Shown here piece after piece: positions 38,978 through 41,669 of a DNA stretch of 41,669 nt. Location of the stretch: IMG/VR virus record IMGVR_UViG_3300025119_000002; one strand, 5' to 3'. The notes below the pieces were generated by a model that saw only the letters and a list, made by a program, of their open reading frames with translations, was not told where the DNA came from and did not search any database. The DNA comes from a virus. Position numbers and translations under genes: made by a program. Position 1 is the first letter of the stretch; each line of letters begins with the position of its first letter.

Positions 38978-39232
38978 ATGCAAAACGACAGTGCGTTTTC
39001 CTTTTGCGAGCAAGCCACAGCTACTGGCGGTTCGCCGTGGCACATCCGCAAGCTCAGTTCTGCTGGCCGAAAATTGGGAGGCGGCGCGGATACTCGTTCG
39101 CTGTGCGGACGCGAGGTCTGCTGGGATCTGGAAGTTAGGATTACAGCACACCATCTGATGCACTGTTGTCCTCAGTGCGCGTCAGAATTTGAGCGGACGA
39201 TTTTTGCTCTTGACAGGGGGAGCGGACAATGA
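38978..39232 (+). CDS. Hypothetical protein with Cys pairs
   Basis: 84-aa ORF. Its 3' end contains a CTCTTGACA box. Confidence 0.45.
   Translation: MQNDSAFSFCEQATATGGSPWHIRKLSSAGRKLGGGADTRSLCGREVCWDLEVRITAHHLMHCCPQCASEFERTIFALDRGSGQ
39207..39215 (+). promoter_or_regulatory. Orphan CTCTTGACA box (-35-like) with no convincing -10
   Basis: tttttgCTCTTGACAggggg lies inside the 3' end of 38978..39232. The hexamer 17 nt downstream is GAATTA. Confidence 0.3.
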
Positions 39233-39621
39233 GAATTACAACGAGAATCGCCAGAGAAAGTCCATCGCATAGCCAGCTTTCGTTATTCGTAAATGGAGCG
39301 CTGGCGGGTCAGCCGGGAAGCGTTTGCCTGCGGAATGAGGAGGTGCGGGACTTTTGCGACCGCATTCAAAATGGGATCGTTGTTTACAAGTTCCACGATG
39401 CTCCGGAGTATCTGCGGGTGTTATCGTTACATGGTGGTGATGAGGACTGGGTTCTAGTGCTACCACCGGGCGAGGCCGCCGCGTACAGTGTAATTGTACC
39501 TTTTGATGACAATCGAAGGATTGACATTCCCTGGTTAGCCGAAACAGTTTTCGGATGTGCGGACGTTCAAGAATGTTGGTTGCCAGACGGAACTGCCGTG
39601 TTAATCGGCGCACACGCCTGA
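39229..39621 (+). CDS. Hypothetical protein
   Basis: 130-aa ORF with an ATGA overlap and a GGGGGAG SD. Confidence 0.55.
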   Translation: MRITTRIARESPSHSQLSLFVNGALAGQPGSVCLRNEEVRDFCDRIQNGIVVYKFHDAPEYLRVLSLHGGDEDWVLVLPPGEAAAYSVIVPFDDNRRIDIPWLAETVFGCADVQECWLPDGTAVLIGAHA

Positions 39622-39636
39622 TGCTGAACTTTTCTC

Positions 39637-39665
39637 TTGACACGGGCTGCAAGATGGCGGATAAT
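39637..39665 (+). promoter_or_regulatory. Sigma70-type promoter: TTGACA-17-GATAAT
   Basis: ttttctcTTGACAcgggctgcaagatggcgGATAAT, upstream of the DUF1376 replication gene. Confidence 0.6.
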
Positions 39666-39800
39666 CCTCATGTCTGGCGGCGACGGCCCCCAGGCACCGA
39701 AGAAGGTCACCGGGGGCGGTGGCCTAGCAGCGCCGCTCCCACACCCTTGCTAGGAGGGGCTATTGTTACAATCCGACAAGTCAAAACGCTGGTGGCGGTG

Positions 39801-40586
39801 ATGGCGGTGCTGCCGTTCATGCCGCTATACGTGGATGATTGGCTCACATCCCCGACGCGGTTGACCATGACCGCAACGGCCAGGGCAATTTACCTCGACT
39901 TGCTGATGTACCAGTGGAAAGACGGGTATGTTCCCAACGATCCAGAAAAGCTGGCAAGGATGACCAATTTTTCTGTCGCGGAACTCAGCGCCGCCTGGCC
40001 GATGGTGTTCCCTCATTTCAACCTGAAAAACGGGAGGTACCGCAATCGAAAACTAGCCGTTATGCGGAAGCAGAAACTACGAGAGAAAACAAAATCAATC
40101 GAAGATGGGCGCAGGGGTGGAATGGTTAACGCTAGAAGAATCAAGAACTTAAGTAAGCCCCCCTTAAGCACCGCGTCTGATTCTGACTCTATGTCTGTAT
40201 CTTTCCTGAAAAGAAAACCTGAAGATGAGGAAAGAGTTCCTGTCGGAAAATTCGCGGCGGCGTTTGCGCCGAAAAACGGCTACGATCCACGGGCCGGATG
40301 GGAGCGGCTGGTTGTCGCTTGCCAGCGGAAACCGGTCGCCCCGAGGATCAGGAAACCGGACATGGCCTGTCAAACTTTCCTCTCGCGGTGCGAAGACGCT
40401 CAGACCGAGGCGAAAATTCTTGCCGGCGTCGAGGCGTACAAACTTTCCTCCGAGGTCAGCCGGGGCGTAGTCGTGAGCCTGGAGAACTTCCTACGCGATG
40501 GTATGTGGGAAGGAACATTCGGCGATGCAACGCCGGTGGAAAATCCTGGGCATTACTCCGAGGCGGAAAGACTGAGGCGGCTGTGA
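39801..40586 (+). CDS. DUF1376 (YdaU-like) replication-associated protein
   Basis: FMPLYVDDWLTSPTRLTMTATARAIYLDLLMYQWKDGYVPNDPEKLARM is the DUF1376 signature. I chose the ATG at 39801 because the promoter at 39637-39665 excludes upstream starts. Confidence 0.7.
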   Translation: MAVLPFMPLYVDDWLTSPTRLTMTATARAIYLDLLMYQWKDGYVPNDPEKLARMTNFSVAELSAAWPMVFPHFNLKNGRYRNRKLAVMRKQKLREKTKSIEDGRRGGMVNARRIKNLSKPPLSTASDSDSMSVSFLKRKPEDEERVPVGKFAAAFAPKNGYDPRAGWERLVVACQRKPVAPRIRKPDMACQTFLSRCEDAQTEAKILAGVEAYKLSSEVSRGVVVSLENFLRDGMWEGTFGDATPVENPGHYSEAERLRRL

Positions 40587-41185
40587 ATAGAGCGATATTG
40601 AATCTCTACACGGATGGAGCCTTTTTGGACAAGATCGGATGTGGAGCTTGGGCTTATCATATTCCCGATCTCAGCCTGACGGATTGCGGGGCGATGGATG
40701 GACCGTCTAATGTGTATTTTGAATTGTTAGCGGCAGTGCGGGGCTTGCAAAGAGTGAAATTAGCTGGGCGAGATAGCCGGACCGTAAATGTTCTGATTGA
40801 TTGCTGCTTTTCTAGAAAGTGGATCAAGGAAGTGCGGCTACGATTAGAAGGCAAAACGAACCGCCAGGCGTTACCGGCTGAATCGAATATGCTACTTGTT
40901 TCCGAGTTGATTCCTTTAATTCGCACGATGCCGATCGTCGTCAATCGGGTTGCGAAACCGAATGCTTGTCATAGGATTTGCCACGAGGAGGCAAGTAAGG
41001 CTCTTTTTGCTTACGTTCGTCACAATCCCCGAGCGATCGCAGCGTTGCGTGAATACTGGAATTGTTCAGATCGTCTAAAGAAACTTGAGAAAGAACGTGA
41101 AAAGCAAGCCTATCGGTTAGAACAGATTGATGGAGCCCTAAGACGATACCGTGAAATCCTGGAGGTCAAAGAAGAATTCATATGA
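40583..41185 (+). CDS. RNase H-like protein with a C-terminal coiled coil
   Basis: NLYTDGAF...GCGAWAY...YFELLAAVRGLQ...VLIDC follows RNase HI-like D/E/D spacing. The GTG at 40583 overlaps the upstream stop (GTGA). Confidence 0.6.
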   Translation: MNRAILNLYTDGAFLDKIGCGAWAYHIPDLSLTDCGAMDGPSNVYFELLAAVRGLQRVKLAGRDSRTVNVLIDCCFSRKWIKEVRLRLEGKTNRQALPAESNMLLVSELIPLIRTMPIVVNRVAKPNACHRICHEEASKALFAYVRHNPRAIAALREYWNCSDRLKKLEKEREKQAYRLEQIDGALRRYREILEVKEEFI

Positions 41186-41568
41186 CCGTCCCCGACCGCC
41201 AATTCTGCTCTGAGCAAATGGCCCGGCTCTCGGGACTGCCGGGGTACCCCAAAACGGAGGAGGCGAAGCGCGAATTCATCGACACGCTACAGGGTGCTTT
41301 CAGTTTTGTCGGCGGCGGCGACGTACTCCGGCAGTGGGTTACGGACGTATTACACGAGGTTGAATTTTGCCCATCGCAAGCAGACGCTTGGAGGGCCGGA
41401 CATCGGCTGAGACCGGCAAAGCAGCAACCGCACTGTCGGCAGTGCGACGGCACAGGCTGGCGGCCCGTAATCAAGTACGGAGTCGAGTGCGTAGAGCGGT
41501 GCGTTTGCCAGCCTAGGGCGGCTGTGATGGCTGCGCGGCTTCCCTACCGAGACTCGGAGGCGGAATGA
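41182..41568 (+). CDS. Hypothetical protein with a C-terminal CxxC...C.C cluster
   Basis: 128-aa ORF with an ATGA overlap with the upstream gene. Confidence 0.55.
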   Translation: MTVPDRQFCSEQMARLSGLPGYPKTEEAKREFIDTLQGAFSFVGGGDVLRQWVTDVLHEVEFCPSQADAWRAGHRLRPAKQQPHCRQCDGTGWRPVIKYGVECVERCVCQPRAAVMAARLPYRDSEAE

Positions 41569-41669
41569 GTGATTCGCCTTACTGGAATCCCGACTGGACG
41601 GACCCGCGCCGCGCACCCGGAGGCGACTGGCGGCTACAGCGGCGACTCAATGAGGGCTTCCGGGCGCTC
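41565..41669 (+). CDS. 5' part of the junction-spanning 65-aa ORF (continues at base 100 after removing the overlap)
   Basis: The ATG at 41565 overlaps the previous stop (ATGA). The frame runs to the contig end and resumes in frame 1 at base 1. Confidence 0.5.
   Translation, partial: MSDSPYWNPDWTDPRRAPGGDWRLQRRLNEGFRAL
41571..41669. repeat. Terminal overlap, copy 2 (identical to 1-99)
   Basis: Same comparison as copy 1. Confidence 0.9.

Larger units (their letters stand above)
1..41669. mobile_element. Complete circularly assembled tailed-phage genome (unique length 41,570 bp), P22-like head module, probably short-tailed
   Basis: Exact 99-nt identity between 1-99 and 41571-41669 with an ORF reading through the junction. 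Terminase, portal, scaffold, coat, adaptor, fibre, recombination and replication genes are present. No host-like flanks. Confidence 0.85.

Overview
The window is a complete, circularly assembled genome of a tailed dsDNA phage. Bases 1-99 are repeated exactly at 41571-41669, so the unique length is 41,570 bp, and an ORF reads straight through the junction. The head module is P22-like (portal, scaffold, coat). I recognise no tape-measure, tube or sheath gene, so the phage is probably short-tailed. The sequence looks moderately GC-rich by eye, and real genes show high third-position G+C.

Two divergent transcription arms leave a compact switch region at about 34376-34501:
- Rightward arm (34499 -> 41669 -> 1 -> 1586): an Xis/MerR-type HTH, two low-complexity repeat proteins, a recombination module (PD-(D/E)XK exonuclease, annealing-protein candidate, VRR-NUC), a LexA-DBD-only protein, a DUF1376-like replication protein, an RNase H-like protein, an HTH::sigma70-region-4 fusion and an HNH.
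- Leftward arm (34376 -> 1695): many small early genes, a C5 cytosine methyltransferase, an HNH, an amino-methyltransferase remnant and an ArdC-N-like protein. These are followed by a TerS candidate, three ejection-type proteins, TerL, secreted proteins, a repeat-rich fibre, a holin-like protein, then portal, scaffold, coat, adaptors and tail genes.

Many gene junctions are ATGA/GTGA stop-start overlaps. Five sigma70-type promoters can be read directly. I found no tRNA, CRISPR array, reverse transcriptase, integrase or recognisable endolysin.

Most worth a second look:
1. Two same-strand reading frames stay open and motif-bearing for more than 1 kb inside the C5-methyltransferase gene.
2. An XRE-HTH fused to sigma region 3.2/4 lacks a -10-recognition domain, in a genome whose early promoters all carry perfect CTCTTGACA -35 boxes.
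3. A repeat-protein cassette is bracketed by a 43-nt duplication that leaves a coupled 17-codon uORF.
4. Two short-period tracts (9 nt and 6 nt) are open in several frames.
5. An opposite-strand ORF island and three signal-peptide proteins sit inside the virion operon.

All functional calls rest on motifs I recognise by eye. No database search was run.
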